Below the pieces are notes generated by a model. The model did not search any database. It was not told the origin of the DNA and saw nothing but the letters and a program-made list of their open reading frames with translations. This document shows positions 1 to 15,445 of a DNA stretch of 64,000 bases, piece after piece. Each line of letters begins with the position of its first letter. The first letter of the stretch is position 1. The DNA comes from the human T2T-CHM13v2.0 reference genome, Homo sapiens. A program made the translations under genes and the position numbers. The stretch is taken from the NCBI RefSeq assembly GCF_009914755.1, contig NC_060929.1, one strand, 5' to 3'.

Positions 1-199
1 ATGGAATTATATAGTTAGAAAACTAAAAAATTAAAAGAATTATGAAATTAGAACAAAATGCATATATAAATAGTATTAATACAAAGTATTTTAAAATGCT
101 ATTTGAAAAATAAATTTATACCTAAAAGAGATACAACTCTGAGTGTCAGTACTATCCAGACCTTTAAAGCCCAATAATTTCTTTTTGGTCATAGCATAT

Positions 200-460
200 C
201 TCTCTCCAATGGATACAGTTTAAACAGGGGCCAGGAAAAATCCATACAGACAAAACACAGATTGGTGGTTGCCAGGGGCTGGGGAGAAGGGGAGATGAGA
301 GTAATGGCTTAATGAGTACTGAGTTTTGTTTTGGGTGACAAAAATGTTTTAGAATTAGATAAAGGTGACAGCTGCACAACATTATGAATGTACTATATGC
401 CACTGAACTGCTCACTTTAAAATGATTAATTTTATGTTATACGAATTTTACATTAGAAAA
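200..460 (+). mobile_element. L1M 3' end fragment
   Basis: agattggtggttgccaggggctgggg..aaatgttttagaattagat..gcacaacattatgaatgtacta..aattttatgttatacgaatttta. Confidence 0.75.
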
Positions 461-2396
461 GGGAGAGAGGTCAGCTCCAAGAGCACTATCCCCAAGGAGA
501 AAGCCACAAAGTGCCCCAGAAGGGCCTCAGTCCCAAGTGTCTCTTTGTGAGGGACAAGAAAAGACAGAAGAATTGAGGTCCCTACCATGTTTTCTTTCCA
601 CTGTTTGGTTTTGTCACATATTATTGATATTTTATAATAAAGCTCAGCAAACTAAACATTATGCTAGAATTTGATTGCTGAGACATTTGTTAATTGTTCT
701 GCATTTTTTCATAGCCTACGTTAGTTTATCCTCTTTTTAAAAACTTTGTCTTTCTTTAGAGTTTCTTACCTTAAATTCTAATTTCACACAACAAAATTTC
801 TAGGGATAACTAACATTCTCTGTTGCTTTTTAACTCAAAAAGAAATTACTGAATACATAAGTGCTGGCACTCTGCTAGACTCTGCTAATACTGCACATTC
901 CATACTAGCACGCAACTTATAAACAGGGAGGGGAGATAAATACTTAGTCCTATAATTATTTAATTATGATGATGATCAGTGCTGTAAGAAAAAATACAGA
1001 ATGCTGTGAGGATTTTAACGTCTTTTTTATTGATACATAAAAAGATTTTAAATTCACAGCATATTTAAAAACTACATCTTTTATTCTCTATTTCTAGGTT
1101 CTAACTTTTTCATTTAACTAATAATATTTCTATCTGCCTTTTACTTTTTTATCTTAAATACTACTTATTTTACTTCTCCTATTTCATATGGTTATTATAA
1201 AAGGTTTTAACTATTTCCTTTTCTTTTATCCAACCCTATATTTCATTCCTTTTTTAAGCCTTCTCTTAACTTTGTAATCCTTTCCATTATTTTCTTTTTA
1301 ATTATTTTTGCTTTCTCTATACTCATTACTTTGCGATTTGCTGTGATTATAGGACCCTAAGGGAGGTCTGCATTCCAGAAGAATAAATAATCAACCTTTA
1401 GGCCACAATGACAGCCCTGATGTTAAGTGGTTTCCTCCCACTCGCTCTCCTTACTTTGTCCTCCTCTAGGATCCCAGGATTAGCTCTCCAATACTGTACT
1501 GCCCCCCACATTCCTGTTCAATTTAAGTCTGTATCATTCATCATAGCCTCAAAATTAGTATCATCCCTAGGCCCCTTAGAACGTTTCCCCTTTGCTCGAT
1601 TCCTCTCTTTCAATACAGTCCTCCAAAATCCTCCATTTGGCTGACTCACCAAAAAGCCCCACCTCAGTAAAAACAGCCAGGCCTAGAAAGCCTGCAGACT
1701 CTCTCTTTAGGCCAGCTCAGCTTAGCATGCCAGAGTCAAGGCAGTAGTTTTGGTGACAGCTAAACTACCTAGTATGCCACACAACCACTATGGAGCTGTC
1801 ACTTCTAAAAGGAGGATCTGGGCATCCCATCCCAAACTGTAGAGAATAACTGAAATAAGAATCAGGGTTAACAAAAATCTCTATATCTTACTTATGCACA
1901 AATTCCAGGTATCTCATGCTGGCATTGAGAATTCTTGGTAAATCAGTCCTAACAGGGATGGTCATTCACAACATAAGAAAAACAAGACAGTAAGCCTAAA
2001 TAAGAAGGATCCAAAGTGGGAATTATCCAAAATTCCATGAGTCATTTTAGGTGAAAAATTAGTTCAAGGCAAGAGTCATAAAATTCTAACTTTTAACAAC
2101 AACATATGATTCTCTTAAGACTCAGGTGAGCTATTCAAGAGAAGCATTACAATTTTTCATTTCAGAAGACTTAAAAGGTAGAATGTTTTAATATCTTCAG
2201 AAACAAGAATTCCTGCCAATCTACTTATAACTGAATAAAATATTTTCCTTCTTAAATGTTTTTTCACTTGTGGAAGGCTGATAATCACCCCAAGGCACTA
2301 ATAAACTGAAAAATCTACGTCCCTAGTCCTGTATAACAGCCTCCCCTCTTTTAACTCAAACTGGGGCCACAAGGAATGTACAAGATCTATGAAAAG

Positions 2397-2710
2397 GGCC
2401 TCCGGGCATGGTAGCTCAAGCCTGTAATCCCAGCACTTTGGGAGGCCGAGGCAGACGGCTCACTTGAGCCCAGGAGTTCGAGAGCAGCCTGGACAACACG
2501 GTGAAACTCCGACTCTACAAAACAAAAAATACAACAATTAGCCAGGCGTGGTAATGCCTATAGTCCCGGCTACTTGGGAGGCTGAGGTGGGAGAATTGTG
2601 TGGACCTGGTAGGGGCAGGGGTTGCAGTGAGCCAAGATTGCACCACTGCACTCCAGCCTGGGTCAGAGTGAGACCCTGTCTCAAAAAAGAAAGAAAGAAA
2701 GAAAAAGAAA
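2397..2710 (+). mobile_element. Alu (AluJ-like)
   Basis: Dimeric Alu with A-tail and TSD gaaaagggcctc. Confidence 0.92.
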
Positions 2711-3247
2711 AGGGCCTCAGAGCTTGCAATTAGAAAAATTCTTGCTTATAAAGAGAAGTATACATGTTACAAAAAATAAATGGGTACCAAGAACAAAACC
2801 TAGTAGCTTACCACTTCAGCTAATTAAAGACCTTTATTATAACAGTCTCTTCAGCGACCTGACTCAGACACTGGACAACCTAGGAACAACTTGTACATTC
2901 TGGCTATTTACTTAAAGCTTTCAAACAACGTTAATTCCAAAGAAACCTAACCTGTTTTCACACAAAAGAGGTGTGCCAAGTTATCTTTTGCAATATGGGC
3001 AACAAGAAGCACCACTTGGTACAAGAAATCTCAGATGTTCAAATACCTGTATTTCCTTATATGCCTACTAAACACACATATACGCACACAAACATACCTA
3101 CCATACCGTCAGCACTGAGCTAGCAGTTGAATAATTCATTTACCCAGAGTTTATTTAAACTGTTGACACCCTTTCTTTAGTTTCTTTCTGGCCTCCTAGA
3201 TATTGAGTGCCTGTATTTGATAATGTTCAAAAGCAGAAAACATGTCA

Positions 3248-3765
<518 letters not shown>

Positions 3766-3786
3766 TTATCTAGTTTTTTTTTTTAA

Positions 3787-4084
<298 letters not shown>

Positions 4085-4089
4085 TATCT

Positions 4090-4295
4090 ATAGTAGTTCT
4101 TAACTGAGGACAGTTTTGTTCCTCAGAGACAGCATGTGACAATGTCTAGGGACACTTTTTGGTTGTCATATTTGCTGGGAAGAGGGTATCACTGGGGTCT
4201 AGTGGGTAGACAGAGTGTTGTCAACATCCTATAATGCACAGGACAGCTTCCGTAGCAATGCATACCCTGCCCAAAATACTAGTATCCCTGAGAAA
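4090..4295. mobile_element. MER20 hAT-Charlie MITE
   Basis: agttcttaactgaggacagttttgttcctcagagaca..caatgtctagggacactttttggttgtca..tctagtgggtaga..atcctataatgcacaggacagc. Confidence 0.75.
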
Positions 4296-4557
4296 GAGCA
4301 GCCCCAATCTACAACTTTGAATTATGCAAGTCATCATAAAATGGAGAGCTGATTATCCATAGTTTACACATAAGTCACTCTTGGGGAAGTTTTTACATTT
4401 GAAACCGTACTTACACACCGAAGAGCCAGAATGAAAACAGTATTACTTCCTTCTTTTGAAAGCCAGTTCTACTGGGCTCTTAATTCAAGTCACAGACACA
4501 CAAATCCAATATGTTGGTTCATAAATCTAACAATAAAACAAGGAATTTAAGAACACT

Positions 4558-4868
4558 GGGCCAGGCACAGTGGCTCATGCCTGTTATCCCAGCACTTTGG
4601 AAGGCCAAGGCGGGCGGATCACAAGGTCAGGAGACTGAGACCATCCTGGCTAACATGGTGAAACCCCATCTCTACTAAAAAAAAAATACAAAAAATTAGC
4701 TGGGCATGGTGGCAGGCGCCTGTAGTCCCAGCTACTCGGGAGGCTGAGGCAGGAGAATGGCGTGAACCCAGGAGGCGGAGCTTGCAGTGAGCCATGAGCC
4801 GAAATCGTGCCACTGCACTCCAGCCTGGGCAACAGAGCAAGACTCTGTCTCAAAAAAAAAAAAAAGAA
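4558..4868 (+). mobile_element. Alu (AluY/Sc-like)
   Basis: gagaccatcctggctaac and gaatggcgtgaaccc diagnostic positions; TSD approximately aagaacactgg. Confidence 0.92.
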
Positions 4869-5534
4869 ATACTGGAGTTTAGAAATTTTAGAAAAAACAT
4901 CCATCTGTGGATGTGACCACACCCTCACAGGAATGACCACCACACTCTCACAGGAATAGTAGTATCAGTGTATGGTTTTTCTTTTTTCCCCCTTAGTTTT
5001 GGATAGTCTCAATTTTCTATACGGATTAGCACTAGAAAAATACATTCCCTACATCCCTCAAAACGCCAAGGAAGAGTTTAGTAATTTTAAAAATTTTAAA
5101 CTGACATTTACCAAATTCTGTTAAGTTCAATTAGAATATCAATATTAAATATTTATATGACATTGACTGAACCCATGAATCTCTGACATTTAATTCTTCC
5201 AAACTGCAAGCTATATCCATTCTATAGACATATTCTAAACAAGTTTTTAGTCATTTCAGGATAATAAGTTTCATTATGTAAATACACATAAAGGAAAACA
5301 GAAACCCAACTTTTCAAAAGTTCATGAAATTTTCAACTTAGAAAATTAATATTTGCAAATGTCTTTTTCTATAAGCTAGTTTTTAAATTTTTTTTTCTTG
5401 TTTCCAATAAGGCTGGATATAGCCAGTTTTTTAAGTACGAAATTAATTGTTAAAATTATTATAAGTGCTGATTCTCCTTCTCAGGAGCATAATAAACTAT
5501 GCCTTGATATAACTAGATTGCAGTGAATGGAAGA

Positions 5535-5682
5535 ATATATTTGTAAATTATAGATCTGATAAGGGACTTGTATATATTTGCAAATCATAGATCTGATAAG
5601 GGACTTGTATATATTTGCAAATCATAGATCTGATAAGGGACTTGTATATATTTGCAAATCATAGATCTGATAAGGGACTTGT
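5535..5682. repeat. 37-bp tandem repeat x4 inside L1
   Basis: Unit atatatttgcaaatcatagatctgataagggacttgt at 5535, 5572, 5609, 5646; the first copy has 2 mismatches. Confidence 0.95.
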
Positions 5683-6471
5683 ATCTAGAATATATAAAGA
5701 ACTCCTACAACTTAGCAAGAAAAAGACAAATAACCCAATTAAATACTGAGCAAAGGATGTGAATAAACATTTTTCCAATATTTACACACGGTCAATGAAC
5801 ACATGTAAAGATGTTTAACTTCATTAGCCATCAGGGAAATGCAAATCTAAAGCACAATGAAATACCTCTTCACACTCACTGTAATGGCTCCACTAAAAAG
5901 GACAACAATGGATGCTGGCAAGAATGTAGACAAATTGGAAGCCTCATACACCGCTGGTAGAAATATGAAACACTGCAGCCATTTTAACAGTCTGGCAGTT
6001 TCTCAAAAGGTTAAATATAGGCACCACATGATTCAGCAATTCCACTCCGAGGTATTTGTCCAAGGAAAATAAAACATTTGTCTACACAAAACCTGTACAT
6101 GAATTGTCATAACATTATTCATAATAGCTAAAACATAGAAACAATCCAAGCGTCCATCAAAAGATAATTGGATGTATAAACAAAATGTGACATACATCCA
6201 TACAATGGAATATGGACAGAAAAAGAAAGTAAGCACCAACACATGCTGCAACATGCATGAATCTTGAAAACATGCTAAGTGAAATTCAGTGCATATAAAA
6301 TATCCAGAACAGGTCAATAAAAAAAGACAGGTGATAGACTGACAGTTGCCAAGGGCTGGGGGCAGGGAGGGTGGTGGGAAATAGACAATGATTGCTAATG
6401 GGTATGAAGTTTCTTTCTGGGGTGATGAAAATCTAAAATAAATTTTGATGATGTTCTGCACAACTCTGTGA

Positions 6472-6807
<336 letters not shown>

Positions 6808-6861
6808 TAATCAGGTATGTGACTATCTCGATAAAGTTGTTATTTAAAAAAAAATACCTGG

Positions 6862-7160
6862 GGCCAGGCACAGTGACTCATACCTGTAATCCCAAAGCTT
6901 TGGGAGGCTGAGGCAGGAGGATATCTTGAGGGCAGGAGTTCAAGATCAGTCTGGGCAACACAGCAAGAAACCCAACTCTACAAAAAAATATTTTTTTAAT
7001 TAGCTAGGCATGGTGGCGTACACCTGTAGTCCCAGCTATTCAAGAGGCTGAGGTGGGAGAAGTGCTTGAGTTCAAGGCTACAGTGAGCAATGACTGCACC
7101 ACTCCACTGCAACCTTGGTGACACAGTGACAACCATCTCAAAAAAAAAAAAAAAAAAAAG
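6862..7160 (+). mobile_element. AluJ
   Basis: Dimeric Alu with poly-A. Confidence 0.88.
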
Positions 7161-7442
7161 ATACTTGGTTATGAAGCTCCACAGAAATCTGAACCATTAT
7201 TTTTTTAAAACTAAAACCTTCAACCTCAATGTCTTACAAATGTTACATATTCAAACATTGGTATTTATTAACTGTGATATGTTATGAATAATTCAAGGAC
7301 AGCACATCTTTACTAGCCTTTTGTGAGATACTATCATATAGTATAAATTATACTAAGAGGAAAATATTAATACTAAAATATGCCATATCTTGAAATTCAT
7401 TCATTTTATATCAAAACAAACTCCATGAGATGGCATTGTCTA

Positions 7443-7660
7443 CAAAGGGGTATCCAATCTTTCGGTTTCCCTGAGCCTAACTGGAAGAAGAAGAACTGTC
7501 TTGGGCCACACATAAAACACACAATAGCTGATGAGCAAAAAAAAAAAAAAAAGGCAAAAAATATCTCATGTTTTAAGAAAGTTCACGAATTTTTGTTGGG
7601 CTGCATTCAAAGCCATCCTGGGCCACACGCAGCCCAGGAGTTGGACAAGCTTAGTCTACA
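7443..7660 (+). mobile_element. MER30 MITE
   Basis: aggggtatccaatctttcggtttccctg...gagttggacaagctt. Confidence 0.8.
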
Positions 7661-7967
7661 ATTTCAAAGAAGTAACTTGCTGAGGTAACATATTTACTAG
7701 GTAAGGAAACAATCTGTATCAAGTCTGATTCTAAAGTTAATTTTCCTTTCTACTAACCATGCTGCCTACCTAAGTGGAATGAACTAGATTGTGAAAACAT
7801 GGATTCAAGTTAAAGTCTGGGATTGCCCTTCCTAGCTGTTTGCCTACTTCCTTTTTTTCATCTGTAAATCCCAAAGGAACATAAAAAAAATCAAAATGAA
7901 ATAAGAATGGGAAGTATTTTTGCCTACTATAAAATTTTATTAAAACTTAATAAAATCCTATTATTGA

Positions 7968-8225
7968 GGCTGGACACGATGGTTCGTGCCTGTAATCTCA
8001 GCACTTTGGGAGGCCAAGGTGGGAAGATCACGAGGTCAGGAGTTCAAGACCAGCCTGGCCAACATGGTAAAACCCCATCTCTACTAAAAATACAAAAAAT
8101 TAGCTGGGCATGGTGGCGCATGCCTGTAGTCCCAGCTACTCAGGAGGCTGAGGCAGGAGAATCACTTGAGCCTGGGAGGCAGAGGTTGCAGTGAGCCGAG
8201 ATAAAATAAAAATAAATAAAACAAA
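7968..8225 (+). mobile_element. AluS, 3'-shortened
   Basis: Stops at gagccgagat, then A-rich tail; TSD aaaat(c/t)ctattatt. Confidence 0.88.
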
Positions 8226-8438
8226 ATTCTATTATTTAAAATAAGCTTTAATTTCCTAGTTATGAAAATAAACTTGAAACATTAGAAAAAGTCATTTTCA
8301 TAAACTGAAACTAAAAAGCTCAAAAAGCCACAAGGGTGGTCAGAAAAAATCCTTTCTTTACCTCTGAAACTACTTAGGTCCCCTTTTTCCTTATATACCA
8401 GAATCCTGACCTCTCTAGAAATGCCTGGATTGGTAATA

Positions 8439-8762
8439 CAGTCAGCCCTCCATATTCACTGGGTTCCACATCTGTGGATTCAACCAACCAAGAATCGAAA
8501 ATATTCAGAAAAAAAAAAAAACTGCAATTGGAGTAAACATGTACAGACTTTTTTTGTCATTTTTCCCTGAAGAATATAGTATAAAAACTATTTACATAGC
8601 ATTTGCATTGTATTAGGTATTATAATAATCCAGAGATGAATTAAAGTACATGGAAGGGAGTGTGCAAAAGTTGCATGCAAATACTATCAGTATTTGAGCA
8701 TCCACAGATTTTGGTATCCTCAGGAGGTCCTAGAATCAAACTCTCATGATACCAAGGGAGCA
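8439..8762. mobile_element. MER2 (Tigger-family) element
   Basis: cagtcagccctccatattcactgggttccacatctgtggattcaaccaacc...gattttggtatcc..ggtcctagaatc..ataccaaggga. Confidence 0.8.
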
Positions 8763-10748
8763 TAGCACTGTAGATAAAAACAGAACTACATGGGTTTAGC
8801 CATCACTACACCACAAATGCAAATGGAAATGGAAAAACCATGAGAAAGGGCAGGCTCACAGTTTTTCACCCAGAATTGTAGCTATAATAAAAGCAACAAT
8901 ATTAAGAGGTCTACCTTCAACCTTGATATTTTCTTAATTAATCAACAAAATCCTATCAATTCTAAAAAGATATTATATGGCTATACATAAAATACCATGT
9001 AAAAATCATTTTTTAAAGATTAACAATGAGAAAATGCTCACAAAACATTGCTATGTGATAAAAACAAGACAAAAGAATTCACCAAGTACTCACTATGTCA
9101 GAAACTGTGGTAAGAGCTTTATATACCTTATCTTATTTGATCTTACAACAGCCCCTTAAGATATTTTATTACCACTTTAATGTGAAAAAACTAAGGCTTA
9201 TCCTTCTGGGAAATGACACCCAAGGTTATGGAGCAGTAAATAAAAAACCTGGAATTTGAACCTATCCAAACCATCCATCTATCGAAAAATAAGTGCCCAG
9301 GCACTCATTTATAAAATAGAACAGTTACTCCAGAGCTCAGTATACCCTAATGACTGCATTACACTCTATAGATACAATTTTTGTTTACAAAAGAGTAAGC
9401 AAAGATGGGAAAGTGTCTCCATCCTCAGCCTGAGCTGAGACTCAGAGGTATCGGGGTAAGGCCACAGGAACAGAGGTGTGGGGGCTGGTGGTACTAGGAT
9501 GAGAAACGCATCATGTCTGTATCAGTATTGGTGCTTGGACTCCTAGTTTGGCTCTATGGAGAGGGATGCTACAGGACAAGGTCTAAGTTGTTTTCATGAA
9601 GGAGTCTAAGACACAGTGACATACTTCTGTCATGCAAAACGGGGAATGTCACTGTCTCCATTCTTGAAGGGAACACAGCTTGATTTAAACATTGTGAGGA
9701 TTGCAAGAAATGCAACACTACTCTGCCAGCTCCAGATTTTGCAACTTTGACATCAGAGGACCTACCCTGGGCAGGATGGTGGCAGAAGTTAAAGAGTAAG
9801 ACACCATCCTCCAGGCACCATTTTGAGCATAGAAAATCAACCAGGAAGGAATAAAGGAGGAAAATGCAAGAAGAGTAAGCTTCTGGGAAACACCCTGGGA
9901 CTTTGAGAAACAATTAGACAAAACATTAAAGAGAATTGGTGGTCCTGTTTCAACAAGAGGGGTGAAAAACCCAGTGATTTTAGTTATTCTCATCCTTTCA
10001 TATCCACAGAAGTGGTGAGAATTGAACAGTATTTTAAAAACTGAAATAAAGTACCAGAATATTAACACATCTATCTCTGGGTGGTATAATTTCAAACGAT
10101 TATTAAATGCCTTTACATTTTCTGTATTTTCCAAAAATTGTCCATAGTGAGCACCATAATTTTATAATCAGAAAAAGTTAATGTTTTTAAAAACTCAACA
10201 ATGTAATTCTAATAATGTAAAAATGCTACTTCTAAGATTAAATTTCAACTACCCCAAAATCTGTTTCAGATTCTTATTATGGCTTGTACTATATGCAAGG
10301 TCACTCCTCTTAGAATTGGGAATATATTTTAATATGGTAAATGCCTTTCTATCAAAAATCATAAAATTTAAGTTTCAAAAGAAATTATACCTCCAAAATA
10401 TATTCCAACCCACTACTTCATAGTGTAACTTTTGGTCCACCTATATTTTAACATTCTGTTGCAAAGTAGAAAGCTCATATTCATTGGCAGACCCAAGTCT
10501 TAAAATTTAGATCTAGCAGACTTAGGTACACAGACAATATGGCTAAAGAGATAGAAGGTTAGCTATACAATCAACCTTACAAGATAATGTATATCAATCA
10601 TTCACTCCACATGGCTGCATCTTATGCTGATTCTTACACATCATAAATTGATTTCCTAAAGTAATGAAGTCTATAATTGTTAAAATGCTCCTACAGCCTA
10701 CTTTTAGAAATTCTTTTATCAGGCAATACAGGAAAGTTCAAGGATATC

Positions 10749-10922
10749 CTCCCGAGTAGATGGGATTACAGGCGCCCGCCACCATGCCCGGCTAATTTTT
10801 GTATTTTTAGTAGAGACGAGGTTTCACCATGTTGGCCAGGCTGGTCCCGAACTCCTGACCTGAGGTGATCCACCCGCCTCCCAAAGCGCTGGGATTACAG
10901 GTGTGAGCCACCACGCCCAGCC
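10749..10922 (-). mobile_element. Tailless, 3'-truncated AluS with a 14-bp TSD
   Basis: agttcaaggatatc at 10735-10748 and 10923-10936 directly flanks 174 bp of Alu with no A-tail. Confidence 0.9.
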
Positions 10923-11172
10923 AGTTCAAGGATATCTTTATAAACATAACCTTAAGGCTTGTTTCATGTTAAGCTTGTTTTTAAAAGCAGAAATAAAATG
11001 TCAGCATAAACCAGCTATTAATCCTGTGTAAGATTTGGAAAATGAGTATCAAACCAGTTTTGGACCTACCAAAGCCTTAGCTTTACTTAACAGTGTTCAT
11101 GAAAAGTATTTTATTGGCAAAAGAAAACTTTAAATTCAATCATACATTTCAAAAATGGGGTCATATTCTTAC

Positions 11173-11281
11173 CTGGAAATTTGATGTCCAGCATAGAGGA
11201 GCAGAGCAGTCAAAAAATATAGATAAAGCTGAACCAGATGCTGCCTGGGCAATGTTAGCAGCACCACACTTAAGATATAAC
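11173..11281 (-). CDS. RNF145: RNF145 next coding exon (109 nt), TRC8-N/sterol-sensing-like transmembrane region
   Basis: Acceptor ctttctggtacag|GT and donor TCCAG|gtaaga. Phase matches the upstream exon and gives GYILSVVLLTLPRQHLVQLYLYFLTALLLYAGHQISR. The gene continues left of position 1. Confidence 0.95.
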
Positions 11282-12585
11282 CTGTACCAGAAAGATAAAT
11301 AAAATACAATTTTAATTTAGTTTCCCAATTAATTACAATAAAAGAAAGAGCTTGAGACAAATAATTTTCCAAATAGGTTTCAGTACTTTCTGAGGTTTTT
11401 TATTATACTTACCAAAGTAAGTTTAGCATAGTGACACCCCTATGGATTTTTTGTTGTTGAAAATGTATTGTGTTTTTCACTTCTTTTGTAGATTTCTCTA
11501 CCTAATAATCAAATATATCACACAAATGTGTAACACAACTCCTTTCTTCATCTACCTTTCCTTGATATCAACTTACTTGTTTTATGCCAATTCTCTCTTT
11601 CTTTCTAGTCCCAGAGGAAAAACTGGGTGTCTTAATGTCTCTTTCCAAGGCTGCCCCTTCCATGTGATTTAAGACCTTATTTCTCCAACCCCTGAAGACT
11701 CTCTATCTCCTATACTTTCAGTCGTTCCCCCTGACATCACTCCTTACCTTTGTTTCAAAGAATGTGCAGGGCTTTTACCCATCTTGAGAAAAAAAAAATA
11801 AACTTCTTTTCACTGCGATTTTTTTCCTATTATTTTTCTCATTCCACTGTCAAATGTTTGAAAAGATCTATACCCAATGCCTCTATTTTCTAAGCATCTA
11901 TTCTTCTCTTTACCATCTACAATCCCTTTACAAACCCCCCTAACTTGTTTGCTCTAAAGAAAGTTGGAAGTCAACGACTGACTACTTATCACATCTAAGA
12001 CATCCTGCTTATTTTTGATCCCCAATATCCAGGCAACGACCATCAAAACGTTGTTACTCTTTGGCTCTGTTCATATGGATTTCCTCTTACCCTCTAACTT
12101 CTCTAATTTCTTTTCACGCTTTCCAATAAACACTGGAAATTTGGTTCCTAAACAACTGTTTTTCTCTATATATAAAGTACCTAGTGCAAACAACATATTT
12201 TGTAACTTCAAGTATCAGCATCTCTTCTATAAATGTTATCAACAAAGTTACTGATAACTTATTATACAGGCAAAAACATATCCTCATTTCTTAATCTAAG
12301 TAGACATCCCATCTCATGACACCTGAGATATATTCCACTTAAATGTTCTCATATTCAACAAGTACAAACTGTGCTCCCCACCTCCTCCCTCAACAAAGTA
12401 ACTCAGTGACTCAAAACCTGTCATCTTTTCTCTCTTATCGTCAAGTCCTGCTGAGCCTTCCATGATAAATTCCTCTCATGTGTTACCCTTCCATTCCAAC
12501 CTCTATGTCCCATATCCTAATCTGCTCTGCAATGCACAGTATACTACCATCCTTCTTTCAGTCTCTATTTTTGTATACCCTATAC

Positions 12586-12811
12586 TTCAAGCTTGTCCAA
12601 CCCACGGCCCATGGGCTACATGTGGCCCAGGATGGCTTTGAATACAGCCCAACACAAATTCATAAACTTTCTTAAAATATTATGAGTTTTTTTTTTTTTT
12701 TTGCAATTTTAAGCTCATCAGCTATCACTAGTGTTAGCATATTTTATGTGTGGCCCAAGACAATTATTTTCCTAATGTGGTCCAGGGAAGCCAAAAGATT
12801 GGACACCCTGA
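12586..12811 (-). mobile_element. MER30 MITE
   Basis: caagcttgtccaacccacggccc...gaagccaaaagattggacaccc. Confidence 0.8.
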
Positions 12812-14265
12812 TATACTTAATTACCAGGGTAATATTCCTAACACCATCACTTTTACTTGACAATTCTCCTGCTCTAAAAGTTATGAACCTGACATTCTTG
12901 GTCTTACACAATCTGGACCCAGTCTACTCTTCTATAACCATCTTCCACTTAATTTACAAATCTTTATTAAGGCACAGGTACTCCTACTTATCCCCTATTG
13001 CCTCTCTCATGCTGAATCAATCATGCCAAAAGCTAAGAAAACATGAGCATGCTTGGGACTAAAGAAACAGAACTGAGGATTTCCTACACATCCTAACTGC
13101 AAGGACAGTCCATCAAAAGCCAGAGATAAGTATTTTTATTTGCTCTTTATTTCTTAAAATAATTTCCCCAATTTTGTTAACCCCTACCTCAAATGACTTT
13201 AGAGGTATTTTAAAGGATATGTAATATAGTTACTAAGCATTTCCACTGATTGTAGCTGAAGGATTTTCTAATGTCTATTACATGAAACTTCTCCTTAAAC
13301 TCTCTTTTAACGAAACTGTCATTTTCCTTTCCAGAACGGTCTTGTCTTTTCTTTCTCCTATATATCGCATATAAAATCAGCGGCCAAATCTTCTAGATCA
13401 AACATATTCATTTCATCCATTCCTTCAATTATCCAGTCATTCAATCAACATTATTATGTGTAAAGTATGACCCACTTGCATTCCTAGACATGGAAGATCC
13501 AAAATTAATGTGAATAATAATCTAGTGAAAAGATAAGCATGGACAAAAGTAATTATTAGACAAAATTGATGCTATAATAAATGAACATTGGAAGGGCTAT
13601 GGTTAAGTGATTAAGCTTGACTTGGATCTCTAAAGGTGAATGGTTCTTTACCAGGCTAAGAAGAAAAGGAAACATTCTAGGAAAAGAGAACAGCAAGCAT
13701 GAAAACCATAAAAGTGTAATTTTCAGGGGACAGTAAATTCTGTACGTTAGACTAGACTTTGATGTTAACAGAAAGATTGGGAGATGATGCTGAAAGAACT
13801 AGCAGCTAAAGCCTCAATATAAAGCCTAAATACAATAATCAAGAATTTAGACTTAGCTAATGGTTCTCAAATTCTTCAATATCTATTTAGGTGAGGTAAG
13901 AGAACAGAAACCAAAACAACAAAAGCACCATTGCTCATCTATACCCCATTTTTATATTCCAGTGGAAAAGTAACTCTGTGATAACAAAATATTTGTGTAA
14001 GAAAACTTTGAGAGACGATGAATACTAACTATGAGAGCAGTATGAATGAACCATCTGAACTACGATGTATATATAATCTAACAATTTAAAAAATGCAAGC
14101 CAAAAATACTATTGACACAAACATGCATCACAACTCACTCTACAGCATTAACCAAACAATCCATAACAAACTAAGTTGACAATGGCAAAGCTGTTAGTGT
14201 TTAAATTATACACAGTAATTTGTAATTAAAAAGCAAGACCAGTGGCATTTAAAAATGATGACCTA

Positions 14266-14798
<533 letters not shown>

Positions 14799-15186
14799 TT
14801 AAAACAACACTGATGAATCTAATAATTTCTGCTATTTAAACATTATGGTAGTTGTAGGGTAAACAGCAGGACCAGAGGTAAGATGAGAGCCTGGATTGTA
14901 ACAGTAGCTTTGGGTATGGAGCTGCCAGTCAGCCATGAGATACATATTTAAATAGGTCTTAGTGGTTATCTGTGGGTGACTAGTTGAGAACAAGGAAGTG
15001 AAGATCTGATGTTTCTAGCTTGGGTAATCAAGAAGACAGCTTTGCTATTAAGACAGGAAACACAGCAGGAGAAAGACTTCTGAGGTGAGAAAAAGGTGAT
15101 GAGTTCAGTGATTGACAACAAATTGAAATGTCCATAGGCTATTTAGGTGGAAATGTCTAAGAAGTAATTCAAAATGCATTCATTCA

Positions 15187-15445
15187 GGGCTGGGCACAGT
15201 GGCTAATATCTGTAATCCTAGCACTCTGGGAGGCTGAGGCAGGAGGATCACTTTAGGCCAGGAGTTTGAGACCAGTCTGGGTAACAAAACAAGACCTTGG
15301 TATATGCCTGTAGTACCAGCTACTCCAGCAGCTAAGGGTTACTTGAGCCCAGGAGTCTGAGACTGCAGTGAGCCATGATCACACCACTGCACTCCAACCT
15401 GCGCAAGAGTGAGACCCTGTCACGTACATACATACATATATATAA
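15187..15445 (+). mobile_element. AluJ with internal deletion
   Basis: Left arm joined to right arm without the A-rich linker. Confidence 0.8.

Noticed and set aside
5535-5682. Regular repeats resembling a CRISPR array
   Set aside because: Head-to-tail units with no unique spacers, in L1-derived primate DNA.
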